Shown here in pieces: positions 18,398 through 28,533 of a stretch of DNA of 55,177 bases. Made by a program: the position numbers and the translations under genes. The notes below the pieces were generated by a model that worked only from the letters and a program-made list of their open reading frames with translations, was not told where the DNA came from and did not search any database. Every line of letters begins with the position of its first letter. The first letter of the stretch is position 1. The stretch is taken from positions 1-55,177 of the forward strand of contig JAFBAG010000342.1 of the NCBI GenBank assembly GCA_019247925.1. The letters are read 5' to 3'. This DNA comes from Pseudolabrys sp. GTDB lineage: Bacteria; Pseudomonadota; Alphaproteobacteria; Rhizobiales; Xanthobacteraceae.

Positions 18398-18519
18398 CGA
18401 GCTTCTCGTGTCAGCTTTTGGATGCGTGCCTAGCATGCCCGCCGATGGCTTGGCGACCCGGCGCGCCACACACTGCGAACACCTTTTGCGTCGATTTTTT
18501 ACGCCGCGCCATCCCGGAT

Positions 18520-19992
18520 TTAGCGGCTTTTGCCGGCACGCAGCCGCTCGACCGTCGATGTGGTCGATTGCCCGGGCACAAGGTCGATAAAGACGACCTC
18601 GCCACCTGATTTCTCGACCACGTCGCGCCCCGGCAAATCCTTGCCGCGGTAGTCCGCGCCCTTGACCAGCACGGACGGTTGCACCTGCTCGATCAATTTC
18701 TGCGGCGTATCGTCCTCGAACACCGCAACCAGATCAACCGCTTCCAGCGCTGCCAGCATCTCCGCGCGCATGTGCACGTCTTGGACGGGACGGCCCGCGC
18801 CCTTGAGGCGGCGCGTTGACGCGTCGGAGTTCAGTCCCAGGACGAGGCGATCGCAATGGGCGCGCGCGCCAGTGATCACCTTGATATGTCCGGGATGGAG
18901 CAGGTCGAAACAGCCATTGGTGAAACCGATGCGCAAACCCTGTGCCCGCCATTCGGCCAGGCGGTCGTTGAGTTGGGCGGCGTCGAAGATGATCTTGTGC
19001 TCCACCGCAAGGGCCGCGGAGGGCAAAAGCTGGCTGCGCAGTTCGTCCAACGAAGCCGTCGCGGTGCCACGTTTGCCCACGACCACGGCCGCCGCGGCAT
19101 TGGCGGCGCGCGCGGCGACTTCGAAAGAGGCGCCGGCCGCCATGAGCAGAGCGAGAGACGCAGACACCGTGTCGCCGGCGCCGGATACGTCTCGTACTTT
19201 CACGGGATAAGAAGGCAAATGCAGCGGCGCTTCACCGCTGATCAAGACCATGCCCGCTTCGCTGAGCGTGACCAGCGTGGCCTTCGCTCCGAGATCTTTG
19301 CGAAGCTTCTCCGCCGCTTCGATAATGGCTGCCTGGCTGTCCAGCGCGCGGTCGGCCACTTCGGCGAGCTGCTGTTTGTTTGGCTTGATGAGAGTGGCGC
19401 CGGCATAGCTCGAGTAATCCCGGCCGCGCGGATCGACGAGCACCGGCTTCCCGGCCTTGGTCGCCGCCTCGATGACGGCGTGCACAACGCGGCGCGTGAG
19501 TAGGCCCAAGCCGTAATCGGCGATGACGATCGCGCTGACTTTGCCCAGCGCTTTCAACGCATGGTCGATCAGCGCATCTTCGGTCGTCTTGGCGATCGGC
19601 GCCGCCGCTTCCCAGTCGGCGCGCGCCAGATGGGTCCAGTGCTTTTCGGACACGAAGCGCACCTTGCGCGTGCTTTGCCGGCCGCGCTCGACGATCAGAT
19701 GCGCCTCGATACGCGGCTCATTCTTAACGGCCGCGGTGAGAGCTTTCCCGGTCTCGTCGTCGCCGATCACGCCCAGAAAAATACAGCGCCCGCCCAGCGC
19801 GGCGATGTTGCGCGCGACGTTGCCGGCGCCGCCGAGCATCTGCTCGGTGCGCTTGACGACCAAGACCGGCGTCGGCGCCTCCGCCGATATGCGCGCGACA
19901 TCGCCATAGACGAACTCGTCCTGGACGACGTCACCGACGCACAGCACGGTCTGTTCGCTCAGCCGAGCCAGATATTTTTCGAAGTCGATCAT
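18520..19992 (-). CDS. hldE: Bifunctional heptose-7-phosphate kinase / heptose-1-phosphate adenylyltransferase
   Basis: RISAEAP, GGAGNVA and DVSGAGDT kinase motifs; FTNGCFDLLHPGH and LVKGADY nucleotidyltransferase motifs. Confidence 0.93.
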   Translation of the reverse strand: MIDFEKYLARLSEQTVLCVGDVVQDEFVYGDVARISAEAPTPVLVVKRTEQMLGGAGNVARNIAALGGRCIFLGVIGDDETGKALTAAVKNEPRIEAHLIVERGRQSTRKVRFVSEKHWTHLARADWEAAAPIAKTTEDALIDHALKALGKVSAIVIADYGLGLLTRRVVHAVIEAATKAGKPVLVDPRGRDYSSYAGATLIKPNKQQLAEVADRALDSQAAIIEAAEKLRKDLGAKATLVTLSEAGMVLISGEAPLHLPSYPVKVRDVSGAGDTVSASLALLMAAGASFEVAARAANAAAAVVVGKRGTATASLDELRSQLLPSAALAVEHKIIFDAAQLNDRLAEWRAQGLRIGFTNGCFDLLHPGHIKVITGARAHCDRLVLGLNSDASTRRLKGAGRPVQDVHMRAEMLAALEAVDLVAVFEDDTPQKLIEQVQPSVLVKGADYRGKDLPGRDVVEKSGGEVVFIDLVPGQSTTSTVERLRAGKSR

Positions 19993-20119
19993 GGGTTGGA
20001 GCTGCCAAAGCCGTATTTGTTATATCAAAGGCTGAAAAATACTCGACCCGTCCCTACGAAAATCGCTTCGTTCCGTTAAAACCCATGTCTCGCGCGAAGT
20101 TTTGGGGCAAAGTCAAAGC

Positions 20120-21178
20120 ATGAACATCGCGTCGAGAGGCGGGGGCGATCCGGCCCTGGTCGTCACCTATTCGTGGATCGGCGACTTCGTGCGCAGCCAC
20201 ACCGTTGTGAAGCTGTTACGCGCGCAAGACCCTGACCGCCCGGTCGACATGTTGGCGAGCTCGTTGTGCGCGCCATTAGCCGATTATATGCCGGGCGTTC
20301 GCAAAGCCGTCGTCGCGGACTTCCCTCATGGCCGCTTCTCCTTTAGCGCACGGCGCGTGCTGGCGCGACGCCTGCGCGAAGAGCGCTACGGTCAAGCGAT
20401 CATAACCTTGCGCACATGGAAATCCGCGCTCGCGCCTTATCTTGCGGGCATTCCAGTGCGCACCGGATTTCTTGGCGAGCTTCGGTTCGGCCTCATCAAC
20501 GATATTCGCTCCGGCGAAGAAAGCTTGCCGCGCATGATCGATCATATGGGCGCGCTCGCTTTGCCAAGGGGCGCGCCTCTACCGGCGCACTGGCCGGAGC
20601 CGGAATTGATCGTGCCCGAACGCGAGCGCGTCGCGTGGCGCCAACGCGAGGGATTGATCGAAAGAGACACGCCGGTGGTTGCGCTCGCCCCCGGCGCCGT
20701 TGGCCCCGGCAAGGCATGGCCCGCGGCCCATTACGCCCGGCTGGCTCAGGATCTCAGCAAGGATGGCGTTTCAATTTGGGTGGTGGGAGGACCGAAAGAG
20801 AGCGCTGCCGCCGCATTGATCGCCGAAGCCGGGGGCAAAAGCGTTCGCGACCTCACTGGCCAGGACCTGTGCGTCGCGATCCGCGCGCTCGCCGAAGCCG
20901 ATGTTACGGTCGCTAATGATTCCGGCCTCATGCATGTCGCGGCCGCGCTCGGCAAGCCGACTGTCGCGATCTTTGGCCCGAGCAGCGTATTTCATGGCGC
21001 GCCGCTGAACCCGCTCGCCGCAGTGATCGAGCCGCCGACGCCGCTCGACGTCCTCAGCCGCATCAAAATGGAAGGAACGCGCGCCGCGCGCCACCGCAAC
21101 ACGGCGGATGTGCCCCTCTCGGAGGTATCCGCTGCCGTCCGCGCGGCCCTTGCAAAGGTATTGGCCAACCGCGGTTGA
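20120..21178 (+). CDS. waaF: GT9 LPS heptosyltransferase II-like
   Basis: WIGD, KSAL.P, LAPGA..GKAWP and NDSGLMHVAAALG motifs. Confidence 0.8.
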   Translation: MNIASRGGGDPALVVTYSWIGDFVRSHTVVKLLRAQDPDRPVDMLASSLCAPLADYMPGVRKAVVADFPHGRFSFSARRVLARRLREERYGQAIITLRTWKSALAPYLAGIPVRTGFLGELRFGLINDIRSGEESLPRMIDHMGALALPRGAPLPAHWPEPELIVPERERVAWRQREGLIERDTPVVALAPGAVGPGKAWPAAHYARLAQDLSKDGVSIWVVGGPKESAAAALIAEAGGKSVRDLTGQDLCVAIRALAEADVTVANDSGLMHVAAALGKPTVAIFGPSSVFHGAPLNPLAAVIEPPTPLDVLSRIKMEGTRAARHRNTADVPLSEVSAAVRAALAKVLANRG

Positions 21179-21256
21179 TAAATGTGCGCCGCGTCGGCGG
21201 GCGGATAGGTGCAAGCGGCGACTCAAGTTAGGGATGACTGACGGGAGAGCGCGCGC

Positions 21257-22246
21257 ATGGCAATTTTAGTGACCGGCGGTGCCGGCTATATCGGCAGCCA
21301 CATGGTGCAAGAGCTGGTCGACGCCGGCGACCAGGTCGTCGTGCTGGATAATCTCTCGACCGGCTTCCGCTATTTGTTGCCAAACCAGGTTCCGGTCATC
21401 GTCGGTTCGACGGGCGACCGCGACCTGCTCACCCAGGCGATGACCAAGCACCGTATCGATGCCGTCATCCATTTCGCGGCGTCGGTGGTCGTTCCGGATT
21501 CCGTGCGCGATCCGCTCGGCTACTACCTCAACAACACGATGAACACGGCCATCCTGGTCGATGCCGCCGTCCATTCCGGTGTGAAGCAGTTCATCTTTTC
21601 ATCGACCGCGGCCGTCTACGGCAATGCCGAGACCTCGCCGGTCCGCGAGGAGACGCCGACCAAGCCGATCTCGCCTTACGGCACTTCGAAGCTGATGTCC
21701 GAAATCATGCTGCATGATGCCGCGCGTGCGCACGACTTGCGCTTCGTCGTGCTGCGCTATTTCAACGTCGCGGGCGCCGATCCGAAATTGCGGACGGGAC
21801 AATCCACACCGAACGCCACGCACCTGATCAAAGTGGCCTGTGAAGTCGCGCTGGGCCGCCGCCCGAAACTCGATGTTTTCGGAACTGACTATCCGACGCG
21901 CGACGGCACCTGTATCCGCGATTACATCCATGTCAGCGATCTGGCTCGCGCGCATTCAGCCGCGCTCGGCTATCTGCGCCGCGGCGGCGCAAGCGCCACA
22001 TTCAACTGCGGCTACGGACATGGCTTTTCGGTTCTCGAAGTGATCGAAGCCGTCAAGCGCGCGAACGGCGGCGATTTTCCAGTCGAGGCCACGGAGCGGC
22101 GCCCCGGCGATCCAGCCACACTGGTCGCGGACGTCGGCAGGCTCCGCGCCACCCTCGATTGGCGGCCGCAATTCGACAATCTCGACACCATCGTCACGCA
22201 TGCATTGGCGTGGGAACGCCGGCTGGGCAGCCGACGCAGCAGCTAA
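21257..22246 (+). CDS. galE: UDP-glucose 4-epimerase
   Basis: TGGAGYIGSH, FSSTAAVYG, YGTSK, LRYFNVAGA and DGTCIRDYIHV motifs. Confidence 0.94.
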   Translation: MAILVTGGAGYIGSHMVQELVDAGDQVVVLDNLSTGFRYLLPNQVPVIVGSTGDRDLLTQAMTKHRIDAVIHFAASVVVPDSVRDPLGYYLNNTMNTAILVDAAVHSGVKQFIFSSTAAVYGNAETSPVREETPTKPISPYGTSKLMSEIMLHDAARAHDLRFVVLRYFNVAGADPKLRTGQSTPNATHLIKVACEVALGRRPKLDVFGTDYPTRDGTCIRDYIHVSDLARAHSAALGYLRRGGASATFNCGYGHGFSVLEVIEAVKRANGGDFPVEATERRPGDPATLVADVGRLRATLDWRPQFDNLDTIVTHALAWERRLGSRRSS

Positions 22247-22303
22247 CGCCCGTGAGTCATAGAGGGTGAATCCCGCACCGCTTTGTGCTAACGCACCGCG
22301 CGC

Positions 22304-24112
22304 ATGACCGATTGGGATCGCGGCTCACAAAGTGACAAGGCTCACGGCGCGCTAGCTCTCATAAAGCGCCTCCTTACCGAGCAGGGTCGCCTTTACTGGA
22401 AAAAATACGCGTTTGCGATGGTCCTCGGGGGCATCGCAGCCGGCGCCACAGCCTTGTCCGCGTATCTCGTCGGTAAGGTCGTGAATGCAGCTTACGTCTT
22501 CGGCGATCTGCGCGCGGTGCTGGCGTTAAGTGCCGCGACGATGGCTTTGTTTATGCTCAAGGGTTTTGCGACGTACGGTCACGTCGTCGTGCTCATGCGC
22601 ATCGGCAATCGCGTGATCGCGAGCTACCAGCGACGCGTATTCCAGAAACTACTCGACGAAGGTCTCGATTTTTTCGCCCAGCGGCACTCGACGGAATTCA
22701 TCGCTCGCCTGAACACGGGCGCCGTAGCGGCAACGGGCGTCCTCAATCAGCTTGTCGCCTCCGTCGGCCGCGATTTGTTTTCGATCATCGGTCTCGTCGG
22801 GGTGATGATCGTCCAAGACCCCGTTATGTCGCTGTTCGGGCTGGTGATCGCGCCGCCGGCATTCCTGGTCCTGCGCAAGCTGGTCAAACGAATCCGGGTC
22901 GTGGCGCGCAAGCAGTTTGTCGGCGGCACCCAGATCATCGAAACCCTGCACGAGACGCTGCAAGGCATCCGGATCGTCAAAGCCTTTACCCTTGAAAGCA
23001 CGATGCGCGAGCGGTTCGACCGCCATGTCGCGGAAGTCGAGGCGCATAACAATAAACTGGCGCGCATCGCGAACCGCGCCAGCCCACTCATGGAATCGCT
23101 GGGAGGCATCGCGGTCTCCGCAGCGATCGCCTATGGCGGCTACCGGGTGATCGCGACTGGCGCGACCCCCGGCGAGTTTTTCTCCTTCATGACGGCGTTC
23201 TTGCTGGCCTATGAGCCGGCGAAGCGATTGGCGCGGCTCAATCTCGACATCAACAATATGCTGATCGGCGTGCGGGTGCTCTTCGAGGTACTTGACAGTC
23301 CGCCGACTGAACAACCCGACGACGGCAAGCCGGCGCTGCGCCGCGGCAGCCGCGCCGAAGGCCGCATTGCGTTCCAGAATGTCCACTTCCGTTACCGCAA
23401 CAGCGACCCGGTGCTCCGGGGCATGACATTCACAGCGGAGCCCAACAGCCTCACCGCGCTGGTCGGCCCCTCCGGCAGCGGCAAGTCGACGGTTTTCAAC
23501 CTGCTCCTTCGGTTTTACGACCCGCACGGCGGCCTCATCACTATAGACGGCGAAAATATTCTGGACGTCTCGCGCCGATCGTTGCGCTCGCAAATCGCCT
23601 ATGTCGGGCAGGACGTGTTCCTGTTTCGCGGCACGATCCGCGACAACATCGCGTTCGGCCGCCTCGGCGCCACCGAAAACGAAATCGTCGCTGCGGCCCA
23701 GGCTGCGAACGCTCATGACTTTATCTCTGCTTTTCCCAAGGGATACGACACCGATGTCGGCGAGCAAGGCATGCAACTTTCAGGAGGGCAAAGGCAGCGC
23801 ATCGCGATCGCCCGTGCGTTGATCAAGGATGCACCGATCATCCTCCTTGATGAAGCGACCGCTGCGCTCGATTCGGAATCGGAATTGCAGGTGCGTAACG
23901 CGATGGAACGCCTTGAAGCGGGCCGCACCACGCTCGTCATTGCCCATCGGCTGCACACGATTTCTCACGCCGATCGCATTCTGGTCATCGAAAACGGCAG
24001 CGTCGCCGAAAGCGGTCGGCATGACGAACTCTTGGCCAAGAACGGCCGCTATGCCGCCTTCTACAGGCTTCAACTCCAAGAACAGGAAGAGCGCCCCGCG
24101 GCCGCCGTCTAG
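22304..24112 (+). CDS. msbA: MsbA-like ABC exporter (TMD+NBD)
   Basis: N-terminal TMD, Walker A GPSGSGKS, signature LSGGQRQR, LLDEATAALD and IAHRL; LPS context. Orthology inferred only. Confidence 0.8.
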   Translation: MTDWDRGSQSDKAHGALALIKRLLTEQGRLYWKKYAFAMVLGGIAAGATALSAYLVGKVVNAAYVFGDLRAVLALSAATMALFMLKGFATYGHVVVLMRIGNRVIASYQRRVFQKLLDEGLDFFAQRHSTEFIARLNTGAVAATGVLNQLVASVGRDLFSIIGLVGVMIVQDPVMSLFGLVIAPPAFLVLRKLVKRIRVVARKQFVGGTQIIETLHETLQGIRIVKAFTLESTMRERFDRHVAEVEAHNNKLARIANRASPLMESLGGIAVSAAIAYGGYRVIATGATPGEFFSFMTAFLLAYEPAKRLARLNLDINNMLIGVRVLFEVLDSPPTEQPDDGKPALRRGSRAEGRIAFQNVHFRYRNSDPVLRGMTFTAEPNSLTALVGPSGSGKSTVFNLLLRFYDPHGGLITIDGENILDVSRRSLRSQIAYVGQDVFLFRGTIRDNIAFGRLGATENEIVAAAQAANAHDFISAFPKGYDTDVGEQGMQLSGGQRQRIAIARALIKDAPIILLDEATAALDSESELQVRNAMERLEAGRTTLVIAHRLHTISHADRILVIENGSVAESGRHDELLAKNGRYAAFYRLQLQEQEERPAAAV

Positions 24113-24175
24113 TGATTTGATGGCCGCATCCGATGTGCTAGGTCGCACTCACAATTTCCTCACCGAGAGCAAGCC

Positions 24176-24883
24176 ATGGCCGATAATGCCCGTTACGTGA
24201 TTGCGCCGCCGCCGCAAGCCGAGATCGCTGTTGCCGGAACCGACAAGACTTTCCCGGTTCGCCGGATCTGGTGCGTCGGCCGGAACTACATCGAGCACAT
24301 TCGCGAAATGGGACAGGACGAGCGCGCCCCGCCGTTCTTTTTTGCAAAGCCCGCGGATGCGATCGTTCCGGACGGCGGCACGGTGCCCTACCCGTCCCTG
24401 ACCAAGGATATGCACCACGAGGTGGAGCTTGTCGTCGCGCTCAAGAGCGGCGGACGCAACATTCCTGTCTCGAAGGCCAACGATTGCATTTACGGCTATG
24501 CCGTCGGCATCGATCTGACGCGCCGCGATCTGCAGATCGCCTCCCGCGACGTCAAACGGCCCTGGGAAATCGGCAAGGCCTTCGATCATTCCGCGCCGTG
24601 CGGGCCGCTTAAGCCGGCGGCGGAAACGGGCCATCCGACCAAGGGCAAGATCGTCCTCAAAGCGAACGGCAAGGTGCGCCAGGAAGGCGACCTCAATCAG
24701 ATGATCTGGAACATTCCGGAGACGATTTCGAAGCTTTCGGAAATGGTCGAGCTGCGCGCAGGCGACGTCATCATGACGGGCACCCCTTCCGGCGTTGCCG
24801 CGACGGTCGCTGGAGACAAGCTCGAATGCGAAGTCGAGGGTGTCGGAAAGCTGACAGTCACGATCGGCCCGCCTGCGAAATAG
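24176..24883 (+). CDS. FAH-family hydrolase (fumarylpyruvate/acylpyruvate hydrolase-like)
   Basis: VRRIWCVGRNY, HHEVELVV, DLTRRDLQ, PWEIGKAFD and TGTPSGV motifs. Confidence 0.92.
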   Translation: MADNARYVIAPPPQAEIAVAGTDKTFPVRRIWCVGRNYIEHIREMGQDERAPPFFFAKPADAIVPDGGTVPYPSLTKDMHHEVELVVALKSGGRNIPVSKANDCIYGYAVGIDLTRRDLQIASRDVKRPWEIGKAFDHSAPCGPLKPAAETGHPTKGKIVLKANGKVRQEGDLNQMIWNIPETISKLSEMVELRAGDVIMTGTPSGVAATVAGDKLECEVEGVGKLTVTIGPPAK

Positions 24884-24916
24884 GCAACGCCGCCTCACAA
24901 CCGGTCCAAATCCGCG

Positions 24917-24941
24917 GGAACTGGCTCACTGCTGCGCCGTT
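24917..24941 (+). promoter_or_regulatory. EcfG/RpoE2 general stress sigma promoter
   Basis: GGAAC(24917-24921)-N16-CGTT(24938-24941), an exact consensus match upstream of a small ORF. Confidence 0.7.
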
Positions 24942-25035
24942 AACGGCTCGTCAAACCTCGCCGCCCAGACTGGCGGCCAGCGGTTCGCGCAGGAGCCAGA
25001 GAATGGGCCAAGCTCTCCCCATCGGATCTCAGAAA

Positions 25036-25203
25036 ATGAAGGATCCCTTCGCTATGGCGGAGCGGGTCATGGAATTTTCTCCGGCGAGCGACGCCGAAGC
25101 TCTCAAAATCCTGCGCGCCAGTTTTCCAGATGCGCCCTTGACGCTGCGCGTCGCCGCGCTCGCCTTTCTGACACGCAAAGAATTCCCAACCGCGCGTCTG
25201 TGA
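25036..25203 (+). CDS. Small hypothetical protein (55 aa)
   Basis: MKDPFAMAERVMEFSPASDAEALKILRASFPDAPLTLRVAALAFL...; fills the gap before livF and follows an EcfG-like promoter. Alternative ATG at 25003. Confidence 0.6.
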   Translation: MKDPFAMAERVMEFSPASDAEALKILRASFPDAPLTLRVAALAFLTRKEFPTARL

Positions 25204-25207
25204 TCGC

Positions 25208-25912
25208 CTACATGCCGAGATAGGCCTGCCGCACCCGGTCGTCGGCAAGCAATTCGCTTCCGGCGCCCGATAAAGTGATGCGGCCGTTCTCGAGCACATA
25301 AGCGCGGCTCGCCAGCTTGAGCGACACCGCGACGTTCTGCTCGACCAGGAGGCAAGTCAGGCCAGCGCGATTGAGATCGACGATTGTTTGCAGCACCTGC
25401 TGCACCACCGTCGGTGCCAGCCCCAGCGATGGCTCGTCGAACATCACCAGGTCAGGCGCGCCCATCAAGCAGCGGCCGATCGCGAGCATCTGCTGCTCGC
25501 CGCCGGACAACGTGCCGGCCGCCTGATTGCGGCGCTCGGCGAGCCGCGGAAACATGGTGAGCACGCGATCGAAGTTTTTCTGGGTGTCGGCGCGGGCACG
25601 GGGCAGCATAGCGCCCATCAGCAAATTTTCGCCGACCGAGAGGGTGGGAAAAACCTGGCGGCCTTCGGCTACCTGACCGATCCCGAGGTTGCAGACCTTA
25701 AAGCTCGGCAAGCCATCGATGCCGGTGCCGCGATATACGATGCGCCCGGCGGCCGGCTTATAGATACCGGCGATGGTGCGGATCAGCGAGGTCTTACCCG
25801 CACCGTTCGCGCCGACAATGGCGACGATCGCCCCCTCCTGCACCTCGAGGGTCACGCGATCGAGCGCCTGCGCGTCGCCATGGAAAACGTCGAGATTCTC
25901 CACGAGCAGCAT
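25208..25912 (-). CDS. HAAT ABC transporter ATP-binding protein (LivF-like)
   Basis: GANGAGKT, LSGGEQQMLAIGR and DEPSLGLAP motifs. Confidence 0.95.
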   Translation of the reverse strand: MLLVENLDVFHGDAQALDRVTLEVQEGAIVAIVGANGAGKTSLIRTIAGIYKPAAGRIVYRGTGIDGLPSFKVCNLGIGQVAEGRQVFPTLSVGENLLMGAMLPRARADTQKNFDRVLTMFPRLAERRNQAAGTLSGGEQQMLAIGRCLMGAPDLVMFDEPSLGLAPTVVQQVLQTIVDLNRAGLTCLLVEQNVAVSLKLASRAYVLENGRITLSGAGSELLADDRVRQAYLGM

Positions 25913-26640
25913 CAGTGCACCGCCTCGGCACCAAGATAGGATTCGATCACCGCCTTTTCGCGCACCACGTCCTTAGGCGCGCCCTTCGCAATGGCCGCGC
26001 CGTGATGCAGGACGAGAATTTCCTGCGCGAGCGCCATGACCGCGCGCATGACGTGCTCGATCAGGAGAATCGTAACGCCATGGTTCTGGTTGAGCCGCCG
26101 AAAAACATCGACCATGCGGTCGGTTTCGGTTGGCCGAAGGCCTGCCATCACTTCGTCCAAGAGCAGTAACTTGGGCTCAGTGGCGATCGCCCGCGCGACT
26201 TCAAGGCGTTTCCGGTCAGGCAGGGTCAACGATGACGCGCGCTGCGCGCGCTTGTCAAAAAGATCTAGCCGATCGAGGACGACGCGAGTCCATTCGCGCG
26301 CTGCGCCGATATCGGGCTTTCGCAGCAGCGCGCCGACCATGACGTTGTCCTCGACGCTGAGCGCCGGAAATGGCTTCACGATCTGGAAGGTACGGCCGAC
26401 GCCGCGGCGGCAGATGACGTCGGGCGACAGGCCGTCGACGCGCTCGCCGTTGAAAGCGATCGTGCCGGCATTCGGCGCAAACTCCCCGGCGATCATGTTG
26501 AACAGCGTCGTTTTGCCGGCGCCGTTCGGGCCGATCACCGCATAGATCGCGCCTTGCGGCACTTCGAGCGAAACGTTGTCGACGGCGACGAGGCCGCGGA
26601 AGCGCTTGGTGATGCCTTCGACCTTGAGGAGCACGGTCAT
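25912..26640 (-). CDS. HAAT ABC transporter ATP-binding protein (LivG-like)
   Basis: GPNGAGKTT, RTFQ, LLLLDE, IEHVM and YLG motifs. Confidence 0.95.
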   Translation of the reverse strand: MTVLLKVEGITKRFRGLVAVDNVSLEVPQGAIYAVIGPNGAGKTTLFNMIAGEFAPNAGTIAFNGERVDGLSPDVICRRGVGRTFQIVKPFPALSVEDNVMVGALLRKPDIGAAREWTRVVLDRLDLFDKRAQRASSLTLPDRKRLEVARAIATEPKLLLLDEVMAGLRPTETDRMVDVFRRLNQNHGVTILLIEHVMRAVMALAQEILVLHHGAAIAKGAPKDVVREKAVIESYLGAEAVH

Positions 26641-27641
26641 GGCCCGCGCTCCTTAAGGCCCAGGCGGCGCGCGATCCAGGGCCATACGCCTTCGGGCAGA
26701 GCGATGACGATCGCGAGGAGCACAAACCCCCAGAACACCTGCTTGATGCCGGGCACGTCGATGCCGAATGCTTCGAGGATGACGCGCAAACCCTCCGAGG
26801 CGGTTTCAAGCACGAACGCGCCGACAATGGGCCCGAACAAGGTACCGATGCCGCCCACCATCGGGGCCAGAATGATCTCTATCGAACGCGCGATGTGAAA
26901 GACCTGCTCAGGAAATAGGTTGTTGTAATAAAAAGCGTAGAACACCCCTCCGAATGACGTCATGCCGGCGGAAATCATCACCGCCATCATCTTGTAGCGG
27001 AACGTGTCGATGCCGGTCGCACGCGCGGCCTGTTCGTCTTCACGAATTGCGAGCCAGAAATAGCCGGTGCGGCTGCGCAGCAGGAGATAGCTGATGAGGA
27101 ACGCCAGCGCCGTCGCAACCAGAATAATGTAGTAGAACATCATTGGATTACCGCGCAGCCGCCACAGATCGTTGTGGGCGTACTGTGCGACGGGCAGGAA
27201 AAGCCCCGACGACCCGCTGACCCAGGCAAAATGGTCGAAGCCGATCCGGGCAAATTCGGCGAAGGCGATGGTCAAGATGGCGAAGTAAACGCCTGATACG
27301 CGGAAGCGGAAGGCCAGAAATCCCATCAGACCTGCGACCGCCATGGCGATCGGGATGGCCGCCAGAAGACCGAGCCACGGGGCGACACCGAAGTGAACAA
27401 ACAGCGATGCGGCGCTGTAGGCACCGAGGCCCGTGAAAAGCGCATGGCCCAGCGACAGGTATCCCGTGAAACCCATCAGGATATTCCAGGCCTGTCCCGT
27501 GTACGCGAAATAGAGAATGAGGATCAGGATCGTCAGGACATAGTCGCCGGCAATGAAAGGCACCGCCGCCAGAACGGCGAAAAAGCACGCCAGCAGAACC
27601 AGCGTGCGGCGCGGCACGTCCCTGAGGATGCGCCCGATCAT
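26637..27641 (-). CDS. HAAT ABC transporter permease (LivM-like)
   Basis: WNILMGFTGYLSLGH, AIREDEQAA, GGIGTLFGP and PEG motifs. Confidence 0.94.
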   Translation of the reverse strand: MIGRILRDVPRRTLVLLACFFAVLAAVPFIAGDYVLTILILILYFAYTGQAWNILMGFTGYLSLGHALFTGLGAYSAASLFVHFGVAPWLGLLAAIPIAMAVAGLMGFLAFRFRVSGVYFAILTIAFAEFARIGFDHFAWVSGSSGLFLPVAQYAHNDLWRLRGNPMMFYYIILVATALAFLISYLLLRSRTGYFWLAIREDEQAARATGIDTFRYKMMAVMISAGMTSFGGVFYAFYYNNLFPEQVFHIARSIEIILAPMVGGIGTLFGPIVGAFVLETASEGLRVILEAFGIDVPGIKQVFWGFVLLAIVIALPEGVWPWIARRLGLKERGP

Positions 27642-28507
27642 GCGCGGCGACCCATGATGCCCTGCGGGCGGATGAGCAGGACCAGCACAAGAATAGCGAA
27701 GGTGAACATGCTCTTCATCGAGGGCTGAAAGAGCAGCCCGGCGAGCGCTTCGGTCATTCCGATCAGGACGCCGCCGAGCAGCGCACCCGGCATCGAACCG
27801 AGGCCGCCCGTGATGACGATGACGAAGGCGAGCAGCGTATAAGCCGGCCCGAGCGCCGGTGTGACGTCAAAGATCATCAACAGCATGACGCCCGCGGCGC
27901 CGACGCAGGCCGAACCAAGCGCGAAGGTTAGCGCGTAGAGCTTCTTGACATCGAGCCCGACGACGAGCGCGCCGGTGTGATTGTCCGCGCAGGCCCGGAT
28001 AGCTGTTCCGGTCGCCGTGAACCGGAAGAACGCGAACAGCAGCGCCGTAACCACAAGAGCGGCAAAGGCGGCATAGAGCTTATTGGCGTCGATAATCAGG
28101 CGGCCGATTTCGAAACTGTCGAACGAGTAAGAAGTCTGAACATTGCGGGCGTCGGGGCCATAAATGATGAGAAGGCCATTAACGAGGATGATGGCGATCG
28201 CGACCAACAACAGAAATTGGCTGTGCTCCGGCCGCGTGATGAATGAGTTGATGAGTTTGGCTTGCAGCGCGTAGCCGAATACGAATAGCACGGCGGCGAT
28301 CGGCACCAGCATCACCAGCGGATCGAGACCCAGCACGCTGAACAGCGTGATCGCGAGATACATCGCGATCGTCATCATCTCGCCATGTGCGAAATTGACG
28401 ACGCGCACCACGCCGAAGATCACCGACAGGCCGAGCGCCATCAGGCCGTAGACGAGGCCAGTAAGGAGGCCACCGACGGCGACGTTGAGGTAGACATCAA
28501 GGGGCAC
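27638..28507 (-). CDS. HAAT ABC transporter permease (LivH-like)
   Basis: YGLMALGLSVIFGV..VVNFAHG, GGLGS and RPQG motifs; GTG start. Confidence 0.94.
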   Translation of the reverse strand: MPLDVYLNVAVGGLLTGLVYGLMALGLSVIFGVVRVVNFAHGEMMTIAMYLAITLFSVLGLDPLVMLVPIAAVLFVFGYALQAKLINSFITRPEHSQFLLLVAIAIILVNGLLIIYGPDARNVQTSYSFDSFEIGRLIIDANKLYAAFAALVVTALLFAFFRFTATGTAIRACADNHTGALVVGLDVKKLYALTFALGSACVGAAGVMLLMIFDVTPALGPAYTLLAFVIVITGGLGSMPGALLGGVLIGMTEALAGLLFQPSMKSMFTFAILVLVLLIRPQGIMGRRA

Positions 28508-28533
28508 GGCGGCGGGGCCTGCGAAGAAAATGC

